A stretch of DNA of 52,424 nt, the filler included, from Bipalium vagum (Eukaryota): assembly GCA_037834085.1 (NCBI GenBank). It is 3 parts of 3 records of this genome, joined end to end, with 100 filler letters (N's around TTAATTAATTAA, not from the genome) between each part and the next. Parts side by side here need not be neighbours in the genome. Positions count along the whole stretch, not along the records: positions 1 to 17,071 come from JBBMKC010080050.1; 2 more parts are not named here. The stretch is one strand, 5' to 3'. Positions 1 through 13,239 of the stretch are shown here, in pieces. Under the pieces are notes generated by a model. The model saw nothing but the letters and a program-made list of their open reading frames with translations, was not told the origin of the DNA and searched no databases. Numbering within the stretch: position 1 is the stretch's first letter; each line of letters begins with the position of its first letter. Both the position numbers and the translations under genes were made by a program.

Positions 1-80
1 GTGCAGTAATTGTCTCACCAAATTTTAGAAAGTCGTAATGGATTACGCCAGCTGCAGACCACCAAACAGTTATCATAATA
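1..80 (-). mobile_element. mariner transposase fragment (Hsmar1/cecropia-like), runs off window start
   Basis: Reverse strand reads IMITVWWSAAGVIHYDFLKFGETITA, matching the mariner catalytic-domain segment VMVTVWWSAAGxIHYxFLxPGETIT. Confidence 0.85.
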
Positions 81-1749
81 TGTATATAACAAACAAAAAA
101 ATTGTGAAATTTCTAAAAACAAGTCTTTTACCATCAGTAGACAGACACTTCCACTATCAAGCAGCTCACCCTACAAAAGTTACTAAAAAAAAATAAACTA
201 GATAAAAGAAAGTGCTAATTTTTAATAAATAACATTTGGCCTTTATTACTACCATATCGCTTACAATTTTCCAATTTTTGATACTTATTATAATATATGA
301 ATCTCTTATTTGATTTTTTATTTATCGAACTTGAGATTATATAAATAGAACATTTTGTCTAAAATTCTATTTAAGTAACCATTATTTTAATTATTCTAAT
401 TGTTGGATTCTTATGTGACTTATTTTGATTATAGTTGAGCTACACTTACCCATCCGAATTGTTAGTCAAATTTTTATCATAACGATGAAGTCTATATATT
501 CTCAAACAACTATATAATCATAATATTTTACTACCAAAATAAATATAATCACTTTCATATCAGTATTAGAAATCAATGGCAATTTTAATGTATTTCTGTG
601 TATTTAAATCAAACATTTTACAAATTCCAGTAATTTTTTTCTTAAGTTGAAATAATAACGAATTATGAATAAAATCAATGCTAAAGTTGACTGACTTCCA
701 AATTTTCCAATTGCTTAGTAGGGAGAAACATTAGACCAACAGAGAAAATCATAACGTACAGTCACTGAATTTCTCAGAAATTTCAAATCATTAAGAATTG
801 TAATCATAATGAAAGAAATTGAAGAAAGAAAAAAATTTACTATTAATAAAATTGACGAAAGATAGAAAAGAAAAAATAAGAAATTAGATGAATCATTTTG
901 CATTTTACACTTAAACCAAGCGTTAAAACACTGAATTGGCAGTCCCTATAATCAGAAAAATATACAATATACATTAATCATAATTAGAAAAATCCGGTGA
1001 AGACAAATGGTGAATTAAATTATTTATTTATTTTATAAAATAATATCACTTAAATAATAGATCAATTAAATAATAATCATAATTATTTATTTATTCAAGA
1101 AGTCAAATTAAAGATCGTAAAAACATAGAAATTTAAAGAAAAATGAAGACTTATGGCAACCGGAGAAATAAGCTTAAATAAAAAACTGAAACTCCCAGAA
1201 GCTTTATTTAATGGCAATTCAGAATTCAGATTCGAAATAAATTCTAATCTTGATTTTTAATTGAGATTTATTAATATCATCTATTCCCGGATGTCAACCT
1301 GTAAGTAACAATAAAGTATTATCAACAATCTTTCAAGATAAACATTTTCAAAAACTTAAATATAGATATCGTCATTCATTTTTTGAACTTATATTATTTT
1401 TGTCAAAATCAAAAATTACATTGTTCAGATTTTTTTAATTTCCTGGATATTGATTTAAAATTTTAAAAAGATTATGAGATCACCAGAAACGTTAATTTTC
1501 CATTGCTTTGAAAAATGACTTTAAAAGTAAAGATTTTGATCCTTTTGTCTCAAACCAACCAAAGCATTCTACAACAAAAACAAAATCATTTTTTCCACGT
1601 TTCGATAACCAAGAAAACAAGTATTCAACGTCAGTCAATCTACATTAGTTTGTAAATCAAACAATTCTGAGCCAGTAACATTTTAATATTAGTATTTGTT
1701 TAAATAGATTATTTACTTTAAATTATTAATTCTTTTAAAATTCAAGTTT

Positions 1750-2090
1750 GATATTTTTGTTTATCCTACATACCACTAATCTACAGGATCATTGTCAAAT
1801 CGATTGATAAACTAGGCGGAATGTTCTGATCATCGTTTTTGTGACTATTAAGTGCCAAGGAATATTGATATTCATTGTGCAGAAAGCTTCCCAAATCCAA
1901 AGCAATCTGTTACAATAACGAGCAAATTTTCAAAAGCCATGCGCTCGTTACAGATAATTTCTTGTAAAACCCATTCATCTACTTTCTTCCAAAGTCAGCT
2001 ACAACGAAAACCAAATGGGTTTTCCTCAATTAAATTGATATTTTCCTTTGCCCTTCACCTTACGATAAATGTTCTTATAACATGAATGAA
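1750..2090 (-). mobile_element. decayed mariner transposase fragment (HTH/linker)
   Basis: Reverse strand ...IVTDCFGFGKLSAQ*ISIFL... resembles the mariner linker LGxRKLSARWVPxLL; contains stops. Confidence 0.55.
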
Positions 2091-5000
2091 TTTCAATAAA
2101 AATTGTCACAGACTTAGTTCAAAGTGTAATAAATGTAGATAATTATTTTCTTTTTTTCAAGTCATCATTCTGGGAACTTTTTGATTCAGTTTAAAATGAT
2201 AAGATAATAATTATAACAATAAACTTAAACTATTAGACTTAAATATTGTTCATGTGAATAATATATATAATAAAATTTAGAGAATTAAATGATTTTTAAA
2301 CGGACACTGAATTTTTGGAAATGAAAAACTTTCAATCATCCGGTACTCTCAATAAATCACTGAGAATACTGTGAGTGATATCAGTTATGCTGCTGAAAAA
2401 AGCAATGAAAAGGCAATTAACAAATGCAGTCAAGTAAAGATTTTTTATTTTATTAATATTACTTCAAGACAAGTTTCAAAAGGATGTAGTACCAGAGATA
2501 AAGAATTTTCTCAGTTTTCCAAAAGTACTTGAGTATTTCATGTTTAAAGCTTCATATCAAGATCAAAGATTTTTCTCCTCTTCCTTGTGATTACTTTTCC
2601 CTGTATTGCTAAACATTTAAAAAATAATTTGCAATATATTAAAATGTAATTTTGAACATTAAATTTGGTAATTAATATTATTCTATCGCTGAAGACCAAT
2701 ACCAATCGTTAATAGACACATTCCATAGACCTTCAATACCAGGAGAAACTCACCATTGACGTATAAACAGTCTAGGTTTCCTAATATCTTCCGGGAGTGT
2801 CTCTGTTTATCTTTCTAGAGTTCTAAATGTTTTAAGGATTAGTTGGACGAGTAATTGCTTTCAGTCCCTATGAATAATAAAAGGATCAGATCAAGTACGT
2901 AAAACTACCATGAAGTAACTGTAGTTTGATTTAATAGAGAAAATTAAATCCACACACAAGTTAATCAGTCTATTAAGTATTATGATAAAAAATAAAACGT
3001 AATAGGAAGTAATGAAAAATAAAATAAAACCAACAATAATCGAAAGAAATACATTGGATATTCTATTTATCAAATCAAAATTACTGTGGTGTAAAAAACA
3101 GTGTAAATTTATTTGAAAATTTAAAATATTTTTTTATAAATTAATTATGGAAAATTTGAATTAAATGAATTTAAAGAAAATAATATTTCAAAGTTAATAG
3201 GGTTTCAGAAAATTTCACTGATTAGACAAATGCCTAAATATCAAAATATTAAGAACTAGAAACAAAGTTAAAAGTAAAACATGGATTGAAGAAACAAAAC
3301 AGTGAATTTATGTAAGTAAGTACAAATTTTATATTTATAACTATTCTTTATTCTCAAAAATTTAGTATAGTATAGACGTTTATATTTATAAATGGAATAT
3401 TTATTCTATAAATCTCAATTTAACTTTAGATAGCTTATTATATCTAACGTGTAAATATAAATCATCGTTCTATTTTAGCTCAATTTGTATGATATTTTCA
3501 AAATTTTAATTTATTTATTAAATTAATAAATCTTATAAAACTGAGATTTTATTTATTAATTCTGAAGCTTAGTTCTAACTTCAGTTTATTTTCTCTAATT
3601 TGGTTGAAATTGTATTATTTTTGAATTTTACTTCAAGTTTGATTTGAGTAATATTTTAAGGGCGTTTATAAATTTACACATGCTTTGAACATTGATCTAT
3701 CGATGATGTTTTCTGATCAATAGTACTTCATATATTTTTCTTTTTTCATTTTTGTCAAAATTCACCAATATTTATATTATTAAATATTACAAACTTGGTA
3801 AAATTATTAAAGTAATAAATTCAAACCCATGAAATAATATAAAAACAAGAATTTAGGCACATATGTATATTTGTGTTTACTTACTGCTTTTTACGTGATA
3901 CATTGACAAAGATTATCTTAACTTTTATTTGTCATATGTTCTAACTTTTTGGTTTTTATTTAATGATATTTAATGGGATTCACAGAAAGCTTACTGTCTT
4001 GGTGAAAAAATTATTAATTATTTTGAAATGATGTCTTCTCTGTGAATTAAGTACATCATTTTTTTTAGAAAAATTTATAAACAATTCTTAACTGATATTA
4101 CCTTTAAAGTAATTAATTTATACTTGAGATAATTTTTGACTCAGGTTATTATCGACGTCTTTTTTTATTTTTTCTAAATCCTATTGGACAAAATTGTTGA
4201 TATTGACATACCACCAAGCTTATTCAGAAATCATTAACAAGCACTTATTCGAAAAATATTCATCAGATAATCACAAAACCGAAAATAATCAAATTGCAAA
4301 ATTTCTTTATATATTACAATATTTTATGTAAACAAAAATAATTCAGTGTAATGTCAAATACTCTTGATTTCTCTCGAAATTTAATCAATTTCTTCAGAAT
4401 ATCGATATTAAATTAATCACAACATTTGAAGTATGAAAATGATAAATGACAACTTTAGTAGAGCACAGAATTCAAAATTAATTTTAATGTTTTAAGTCTG
4501 TTGTGCATTAATTGGTTCATAAAAATAAATTACTGTCAGGAAATAGGTATTTTTGATTTCAATTATTTCAAGATGAAAATTTTGATGTAAACAATAATAA
4601 ACGTTGCAGAATGAATTCAAAAAAGAAAAATAAAAGAACTACTAAGCAAAGATTGATCTCAAAGACTGAAAGTTGCAGAAAAAAGTAAATATTGAAATGT
4701 TGTCGATAGTTTGTGCAAAAAACAGAACAATTCAGAAAGTAATGGAGAAAAAATTAGGTCATATAATATAGATAACGAAAATAAAAAGCCATATTAGAGA
4801 TCTTTTTAAAAATATTCAATATTTATCTATGTTAAAAGACAAAATCAAAGAAATTAGAATAGATGTTCCTTCATTATCAGAATTTATAAATAACCAGAAA
4901 AATTGACGAAATATGAACAGATAAAAAAGTAAGTATTTTGATAATTAAATATATCCTTGGTTTTCTCAAAAAATGCCGGATTTTATAAATACCACTAAGA

Positions 5001-5199
5001 TTTTTATACTCAAAAATATTAATGTATTTTTATATAAAATTATATTGTAAATCCACTAAAAATTTCTAGAATAGATCAAGATATATAAAAAACACTTAAT
5101 GCGCGCCTAAATAGACAAGCAGAAAGAAATACACGAATATTATAATATTTATGTAACACAGCAATCAAATTAAACAGGTTTTATTTTTCTATATAGTTA

Positions 5200-5415
5200 C
5201 CATATACAAAAAAATTTCCGCCAACAAGCACCCAAATCTCAGAAAACAAATTAATAAAACTTTTGAGGTTTTTTAAAATCCCCATCACTAAATTCCTCAT
5301 TTCTGCATTTGAAGCAATTTGTTAACCTATCAAGTTTGTCTTTAGGAATTTGAAATTTCATAAATCTGATGGAGCGAAATCTGGACTGTACGCTGGATAT
5401 CAAAGAACTTCAAAC
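5200..5415 (-). mobile_element. mariner transposase C-terminal fragment
   Basis: Reverse strand EVL*YPAYSPDFAPSDL corresponds to the YSPDLAPSD signature. Confidence 0.8.
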
Positions 5416-6045
5416 GCCTGGAAGAAACCAATAGCGAATCTAATGAGTAATTTGTCACACCACAAATAGGGTAAACAAAAAGAAGCGGGAAGTATTATTA
5501 ATTTAAAGAAAAAACAGAAACGTGAATTTATATTCTCGTTCTATAAAAATTTTTATATTTAGAATTGTGAATCTAATAATAATTTGTTGAGTTATGATAA
5601 ACTGAATTCTCTAATAATTGTTGGGCTTTGAGATGGTTGGGTATTATTTTTTTGTAAAGGTAGTGTACCAATCACAATTAAAAAGAGTTTGTCTAAAAAT
5701 TTTCTAATTCTTTTTTTTCAAATTTTATTTTTATGATAATGTACAAACTATGATTTTTACAATAAAATTTGTGATCGAATGCCAATCTTTTATATTTTAA
5801 GCAATTCAATCTGCACTAGGAAGGTTGCAGATGTTCAAAGAAAACAATAGCGAATCTATCAACTAATTTGTCAGATCGTAAGTGGTAGAAACTAAAACAA
5901 AAAGAAGCTGAAAAAATTAATAAGTTGAAGAAAAACAGAAACGTGAAATAATAATATCCCCATTCTGGAAAATTTTTAATCAATTAATTTTTTTATGTAA
6001 TCTAATAATTCAATTACAATTCTTAAGAGTTATAATAAACAGAAT
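5410..6045. repeat. diverged direct repeat, two copies of about 200 bp (about 5410-5610 and 5834-6045)
   Basis: Shared colinear blocks caatagcgaatcta, taatttgtca, aaacaaaaagaagc, aagaaaaa(a)cagaaacgtgaa, aatctaataat, gagttat-ataaac-gaat. Confidence 0.75.
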
Positions 6046-7340
6046 AATTTTAAGTTTTAATATTAGTTATTAAAAATTAATCTTGCAACTTTTTTTAAAC
6101 GGTGAAATTATGACTTGTGTCGCTCTATTTATACTGTTTTTTAGATGTTTTTATTTTGAAGTCATTCATTTATTTTTGTTATTACTTTACACTATTGCTG
6201 TTTTACTAATGTCACTGATGTTTCAAAATTTCCTCCTTACTTATTAGTTGTTTTATACCCTGTTATTATTTTTTTAATATTCAAAATGTATATATTTCGG
6301 AATTTTCATTATTATATTTATTTTATTCAATCTTTTGTTATTTCTTTTTGTTGTCGTTATTTTATTTGATTTAATATATTTCTTATTGTTATTAAGGTTT
6401 TTCATAAAGCCCTATTTATTAGGTCATAAGACTTCAGATAACATTATTTATTTTTTTATTTCTTTATTTACCTTATCTTATTATTTTTTTATATTACAGT
6501 TTTAGACAAAATCATCTATAGGTAAAATTTTATAATAAAAAATTTTATTATAAAATAAAATAAAAATTGTTTTCAATCACTAATGAATTTTAATAAAATC
6601 GAAATCACAAATAATTGATTTTTTGTAACATTGACAATTGATTGAGTTGACCTGATGTTCAGTTGAATTGACTTTTGGTAGTTTTTTTTTAGTAATTGGT
6701 TGCTTTTTAGGTAATCTCACATAATAAATTTTTATTATTGTAAACTAAGCTTTATAAATTAATTCTTAAACTAATTTTTTAAGGAACCTATTTTAAGAAC
6801 CTCTTTACAATATTTTTTTAATATGTATTTCTATTGTCGTCATTTTCATATTTTTATTATTAATTATTTATAATTTTTAATAGTAATCATTATTTTTTTT
6901 TGTTTTATTCTTAGATTCACAGGATCTCCGAATCCTATAATGATTTTATTTATTTGACTTTATATTTTAGGTTCACTTATTCATGAACACCCACAATTAA
7001 AGATTTATTTTATTATTATTTTCTTTTAGGTGCTCCTCATTCCACGGCTTCCCTAATCCTGATCATCCAAATGACAGCATAAGATTTTTTATTAAATTTA
7101 TTATTATATCATTATTTAATTTTATTACTTTTATTCTATTAGAAAAAAATTAATCATTTGATGAATTAGTCATAATTTTTATAATTTAGTCTTAAATCAT
7201 AAAAGAAATTCCTAATTTTAACCACTTCAAAATCATAAATGAATTTTTATTATAGTCTCAGGAATCCCAAGGATCCGACCATCGGTAATGTTATTGATTG
7301 TGTTTATTTTATTACATGATCACTGAGTCCATCATAAGTA

Positions 7341-7445
7341 AATCTGCTAGCCAGCATAAATAACTATTTTAACATCCTAAAGATAAATACGTCATCATAC
7401 CATTCACAAATAGAGGGGTTAGTTGAGCGATTCAATATGATATAA
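7341..7445 (+). mobile_element. Gypsy/Ginger-type (rve) integrase core fragment
   Basis: NLLASINNYFNILKINTSSYHSQIEGLVERFNMI* matches the TSxYHPQxxGLVERFN motif around the catalytic E. Confidence 0.8.
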
Positions 7446-7526
7446 TAATATATATATTATTTTTATTATTTTTATTTTAGATTTCCAGGTTAGTACCATG
7501 CAGTATGAAACGCAAACAATACATGT

Positions 7527-8560
7527 ATGAAGGATCAAGGATCACCTGATACTTCACTACAAAAATATAAAGAAACAAACATCCACAAAGCTTGCCATAC
7601 AGAGATGCTTTGGTTTATCAAAAATTCAGGATTGAAGACAATAAATACAACAGTCCCAAAACAATTCCCAAAGCGACCAAATTCAAGGAATGTGGAAACA
7701 GACAGAGATAGATGTTTTATTTTAAACAACATCCATGGTATATAAAAAAGATAAAATACCAGAAATGAACAATCAAAAACTACAAGAAAATTTATACATT
7801 CATAATATTATTCTTTCCATTCGGCTACACATCGGAGAAGTCGATACGGCTATCAACATGAGCAAGGAAGAAAGCCTGAAAGCCTGAAAGCCTTCCAACT
7901 AAAAGAACGAGCCAAACATATTTGCATATAGATATTACAGCCAGGAAGTGTCCTATCAATAGAAGTTTGCGAACATGAAACTCCATCAGTACTCCGCAAG
8001 AAGCCCATTAATTCCTACACCAGATAATAATGGTGAAACCTTCATAATAAACCCCTCCAATAACATCTCACAGATCACCACATCTAAAGATGCTAAAACC
8101 AATACAACTCATCTAGTGAATGTAACTCTGATGCGCCTCTCCGCAAAAATAATAATCAACTCAATCACACCTAGAAAAAGACTCCTCAAAATAAATACTT
8201 CTCAATTCGGACTAAGCGAAAAAGACATAATAAATCAATATGATGAAATACAGTGTAAAAAGGATTTGAGAGAAATATTAAGAGGAAAATTTTTAGTTTT
8301 TTAGTTAATACCATGCGAAATTCCATTTTTCATTTTAAGTGAAATCAGAAACAGCATCATGTCCATATCTACAATCAATCGGGGCATATGGTCAAAAACG
8401 CTTGGCTACAGTTTCCAAGGCAGTCTACGCGAAAGCAGTTCGTGACTGTTTCCTCAAAAGCGAAAAAGATGCTCGTATAATCAGAGAAATATATCGATCC
8501 ATATATAAAAATCGCATCCACAAGCCAAGAAAAAGAACCCATGCCACTGCAAGCAATTAG
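7527..8560 (+). pseudogene. decayed coding region of unknown protein; 3' part weakly DUF4806/BEN-like
   Basis: Higher-complexity broken ORFs (7527-7745, 7975-8304, 8339-8560). The segment SIGAYGQKRLATVSKAVYAKAVRDCF...IIREIYRSIYKNR resembles DUF4806/BEN helices by eye only. Confidence 0.3.
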
Positions 8561-9562
8561 ACCAATCCAACCAACGGCACCAGCAACCAAAGCAGACTAA
8601 ATATTAAACTTAGAGAATAATATAGATGATGATGAAACAACAAAATAAATTCAAAGAACAAAATATATTATTTTTATATTTTTCTGAAGCGAAAACACTC
8701 ATTTTGTCAAACAAACCTCATTGATTTGACTCATTTGACTTTATATGCAATTTCAATATTCTCAATGGGTTTATCGAAAAAATAAAATTTACTAAGAACA
8801 AGAAAAGTGAAATTTGTTAATGATAGCAAAAAATATCGAAAAAATTTTAAAAAACGTAAAATTGGAAGACAATGTAAAAGAATAAAATAGAATAGTAAAG
8901 AAAGGAATAAGACTTCAGATAACCTATAAACGAATTGAATAGATAAACTGATGTAAGAGAAGAGGTTTTCGAGAGTTGCCAAAAGGAAATATGAAAATTA
9001 CTGATCTGTAAGATTTTTTATTAATGAGTGGTATTTATTTTAAATTATAAATATTAAATAAAACAATATATTAAAATATTTGATCAGTATAAAGCCATTG
9101 TGAAAATAAATGTACTATAATCAAAGAAGTTTTCTTATAACGAAACGACAGATGATATTAATGTAGCTAACAATAATAAAAGAGCAATGTGATGTACCAA
9201 TCAGTAAACCATACGTTAGATTAACCTCAACTAGGAAGTTCTAAGAATTTGATATAGAAAATATAGAAAAAAAAAAGAAATATAGAAAAAAAGGTGAAGA
9301 AAAGCTCAACAAAATAGGAAAATGTTAATGTTAAAGATTAACTTCAAATCACCACTGAATCATCGTACAAAAATAATCATATAATCGTATAAGTTATTTT
9401 GTTTCATTAATGAAATTGATAATACCATTTAATGACGAAATCCATCATGTGTATGTACTATTTGGTTATCATCATTAAAAATTTCGAAGCACATATGTCT
9501 TATTCGTTCTTTGTGACATTTTTAATGACAGTATTTTTTTAGATTGCAAAAAAACATTACCC

Positions 9563-10561
9563 ATGGAATATCAAGTTTTGTGTAAAATTAGATCAAAGTG
9601 CTACCGAAAGATTGCAGATGATTAAAACTGTTTATTGTAAAGATGCCTCGAGTCTCGAAAAAAATGTATAAAAAAGTATTCAGAATTTCGAGATGGATAA
9701 GAGAGTATTCAAGATAATCCTTCCTGTGGCCCAACGATTTGTGGCCCAATGTACAAAAGCATCTGAGATTCTCAGAAAAGATATATATTTATCTATCAGA
9801 GTTATTAAGAAAATCAATAATATTCCCAGGACAACTGTACATCGCATTTTAACAGAAAACTTTGGAAAAAAGATTATTGTGATTACTACTATTTTTAAAA
9901 ATTCGTAATATCATAATCTTGTTTAGTCATTTACATACTACTTACATATTTAATCAATATAATAAATAATTACAGATTTAACTGAACAATCATTATAAAT
10001 TTTAATCTATAAAAATTGAAAATTACAAAAATTAACCAATATTTAACCAGAAAACTTATATTAATTGAGATGACAAGAACTACTGATTTAGATCAATAAT
10101 TCATTAGAATGATTGAAAAGCTGGAAAAACATTAAGTAAGGAATGGATTTCTCCAGATGATCAAAGACCGAAAAAAGAACGCATTCAAAAAGGAGTCAAG
10201 TCAAACATTGTTAACAGTTTTCTTCGATTCAAAAGGTATCATCCATAAAGAATTTGTCCCAGACAGTCAGACACATAAGCCGAAAACTATGTTGTCATGC
10301 ATGTATTGACAAATATTGAAAAAAGTAAATCGAAAACATCAGAACACAAAATAGGACATCCAAATGACACTCGTAACCGAGGTTTAGAGACATTTCTAAA
10401 GAGAATTTCCAGCATTGTTTTGAAATATTTTATAATCACATCCAAAGCTTTTTTGAATCTAAAGGAATGCATTTTGAATAAATTTGTTTAAACATGTTTT
10501 CATATTTTAATAGTTGTTTTTATTTCACACCAGTCACCTTTCTCATAGGACAGACCATGTA
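9563..10561 (+). mobile_element. decayed mariner (irritans-like) element
   Basis: Motifs IKFCVKLDQSATERLQMIKTVY, NIPRTTVHRILTENFGKK, EWISPDDQRPKK, TLLTVFFDSKGIIHKEFVPDSQT. The right end reverse-complements to a TACATGGTCTGTCC-type TIR. Confidence 0.8.
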
Positions 10562-11460
10562 TAAATTAAACATAATTTCATAATAATAATAATAAAACGC
10601 CGTGTGATATATAAAAGGAAGATGCAGAGAGATATAATAAGACTAAAAAATAGGTGATGTTTGTTAAGAAATTTTTGTAGACTTCAATCCAGATTTCTTC
10701 AGATTACGCTTGCATATATAAAAAGAATGATTATAAAAATAGAAATAATCAAATTTATTTCAAAATTTTAAATATGATAAATATTCAAAACGATAGATTA
10801 ATAAATATCAATTTTATAAAATATATTAATTTAATCATTTACTATTAATTATTAATTGAATAATTATTTTTATATATTATTAAGTAAATGACTAAAAATC
10901 AAACTAATAGACTTATCAATTTAAAAACAAAATAAGTCGATTAACAAGTTTTATATAAAATATATTGATTTTCTAAAATTAATCGATTATTATTAAGTTT
11001 TAATCAATATTTATTAATTTCAAAATATTTATTTTTTCTCTAAGCTGATTTTCTAGTTGTACCAATCGATAATTTCAAAAATCTCAATGATCAACCAAAA
11101 TTGAAGCATAATTTTGAAAAAATTAAGAGGTATAGTGAAATCACTGTAAATTATTGACAATCTACACATTAGTTTTATAAAAAATGATAAAAATCTGACA
11201 TACCAGATGCATTAAATCCATATGAAAAATTTTTCAATTTTCGTAAATTATTCTATCCAGATTGCGTTAGTCTTTCATTGAATAAATCTAAAAACGTAAT
11301 TAATCTTAATCAATGTTACAAAATTTAAATGCCAATCAAAATTCAAAATATATTTTCAAACAAAATATAAACATTTTAAGTAATATTTTTCAAAATATCA
11401 AAAATAAAAGTTGAAACATTTATTGAAAATATTTTATTTAATAAAACTGAGATTCATAAG

Positions 11461-11583
11461 CTAAAGTTTTTGGGAATCGGTATCGCTTAAATGACCTCGT
11501 ATTCTTGGTGGTGCAACTGGTGTTTCGACAGCTAGGTCATTTCTTGAACGAGCTAATGAACTACCTGTTTTAGATGCTTTGAT
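11461..11583 (-). CDS. probable terminal coding exon, likely the Pro-rich tail of the BAR-RhoGAP gene
   Basis: AG acceptor, then 41 codons IKASKTGSSLARSRNDLAVETPVAPPRIRGHLSDTDSQKL*, with AATAAA about 25 nt downstream. PxxPPR motif. Linkage to the RhoGAP crosses a gap and is inferred. Confidence 0.5.
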   Translation of the reverse strand: MKASKTGSSLARSRNDLAVETPVAPPRIRGHLSDTDSQKL

Positions 11584-13023
11584 CTTAGATAGATAATTTA
11601 GAAATGAAAATATGGAAAAAGATTCATTTTTAATTTTCATTAGACCAATTATAGATCTATAGAGATTAAAGTTATACCAAATTTCACAGGATATTACCGA
11701 AAAACTTCTTTACTCATTGGAACTCCTGCACTTATAGTTAAATTATATAATAGCATATCAATTTCGGTCAGATCGTTCCTGTTCATTCTATTTTAAAATT
11801 TTACTAAAAATTGAAATAATAAAACAAATAATTAATAAACAAAGACTTAAATATTAAATAACTTAAATTATTTAATGTCTTAAATTAAATTGATAAAATA
11901 ATTGAGTAAATATTCTTAAAATTTAAAAATGATTTGGAAGATTTTGATAATATTATGAAAAAAAATTGTTGTGTTCTTTCAATATTAACTAATAGCAAAA
12001 TCGATAATAAATATTTTCAAAAAATGAAATTTTCATATTTTTCAATTTTAGAGAAAATTAACTTCAATATCAAAATTAATAATACTTAAAAATATTTTTA
12101 AGGGTAATAAATATTAAAATTTCATTATCTTATATTTGATAATCATACACTTCTAGAGGTTTTACCCTGACATTAAAATAATCTTACGTATTAGTTACTC
12201 AAGTCATATTTTACTCCAAAACTCTTGGTCTGTCAAAATCGCAACTTTCGCTTGTACTCAAAAGGTATTCATTAATTTTTTATTAACCCTTTACTTATCG
12301 CTTATTTATACTTGCTTCGTTTATTTATTTATATTTGTATTATGTTGATCACACAATTTATTACATTGCTATATACACTTACTCCAATAATTATCCGTAG
12401 GATTATATATAAATTAACAAAGTTTTCATAGGATTTCTAAATATATTTCTGAATTTATTATTTAAAAGATTCCAAAGACAAAAGAATACTCCGCAGACAC
12501 CTGAAATCTCGTTGTTACATTGAGAAAAGAAAAAAATCAAGCATCCAGTATATTTTGGAAAAGTTTTCTCGTGATAGTAGCGTAAAAACTATTACTGGGC
12601 CAGGAAGACCAATAACAATTAAAGAAGATAGAAAAAATCAAAGAATTCTGGGAAAATGTTTATGTTTATTATCTCAATTAATTAATTTTAAAAAACGTTG
12701 AAAAAGAGGTTATTTTTAAGTCCGCTCAGAGCATAATTAGGATGAAAAATTGAAATTCAAACACAGAAAACTTCTTAAAGTTAAAATATAACAAATCAAA
12801 AATCAATATTTCCAAATTGTAATTCTTAACACAAAAGCAATACTGTTCTAAATAGGATTAAATTTTAATTGGCTTTTGAGAGTTTCTGGTTATTTAATTA
12901 ATTCCTTAAATTCTTTCTTGATCCTAAAAAGAGCTTATTTTTACACATTTTACAAATTAAATTAAAAATTATTATAATTGTAATATTGTAATTAGAACAC
13001 AATAATTTAAAATGACATACTAA

Positions 13024-13108
13024 ACACAAAGGGGATCCCGTTTGTACCCCTTTTTCCTATCCCATTCGTTCTTCAAAAACGTGTTTACAAATAAGATCCC
13101 CTTTGTGT
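13024..13108. repeat. perfect 14-bp inverted repeat (hairpin) upstream of pPolB
   Basis: acacaaaggggatc (13024-13037) and gatcccctttgtgt (13095-13108), 57-nt spacer. Confidence 0.85.
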
Positions 13109-13239
13109 GTCACATAGAATATAAATTTTTTTCATACACATAAAATATACAAAAAATCAAAAAATCAAAAAAATAATAAAAAAAAATCAAAAAATATTAA
13201 AAAATCAAAAATTAAAATTTTTTATTTTTCTTTAAAAAA

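Noticed and set aside
2690-2870. Possible piggyBac relic (KLTID-like motif)
   Set aside because: Single weak motif; no TTAA/TIR evidence.
11698-11787. Possible penultimate RhoGAP exon (MNRNDLTEIDMLLYNL...)
   Set aside because: Its phase does not cleanly match the terminal exon; not supportable without transcripts.
12100-13020. Left terminus/TSD of the Polinton-like element
   Set aside because: No AG/AGT-repeat terminus recognised, and the partner end is in the gap, so TIRs cannot be tested.
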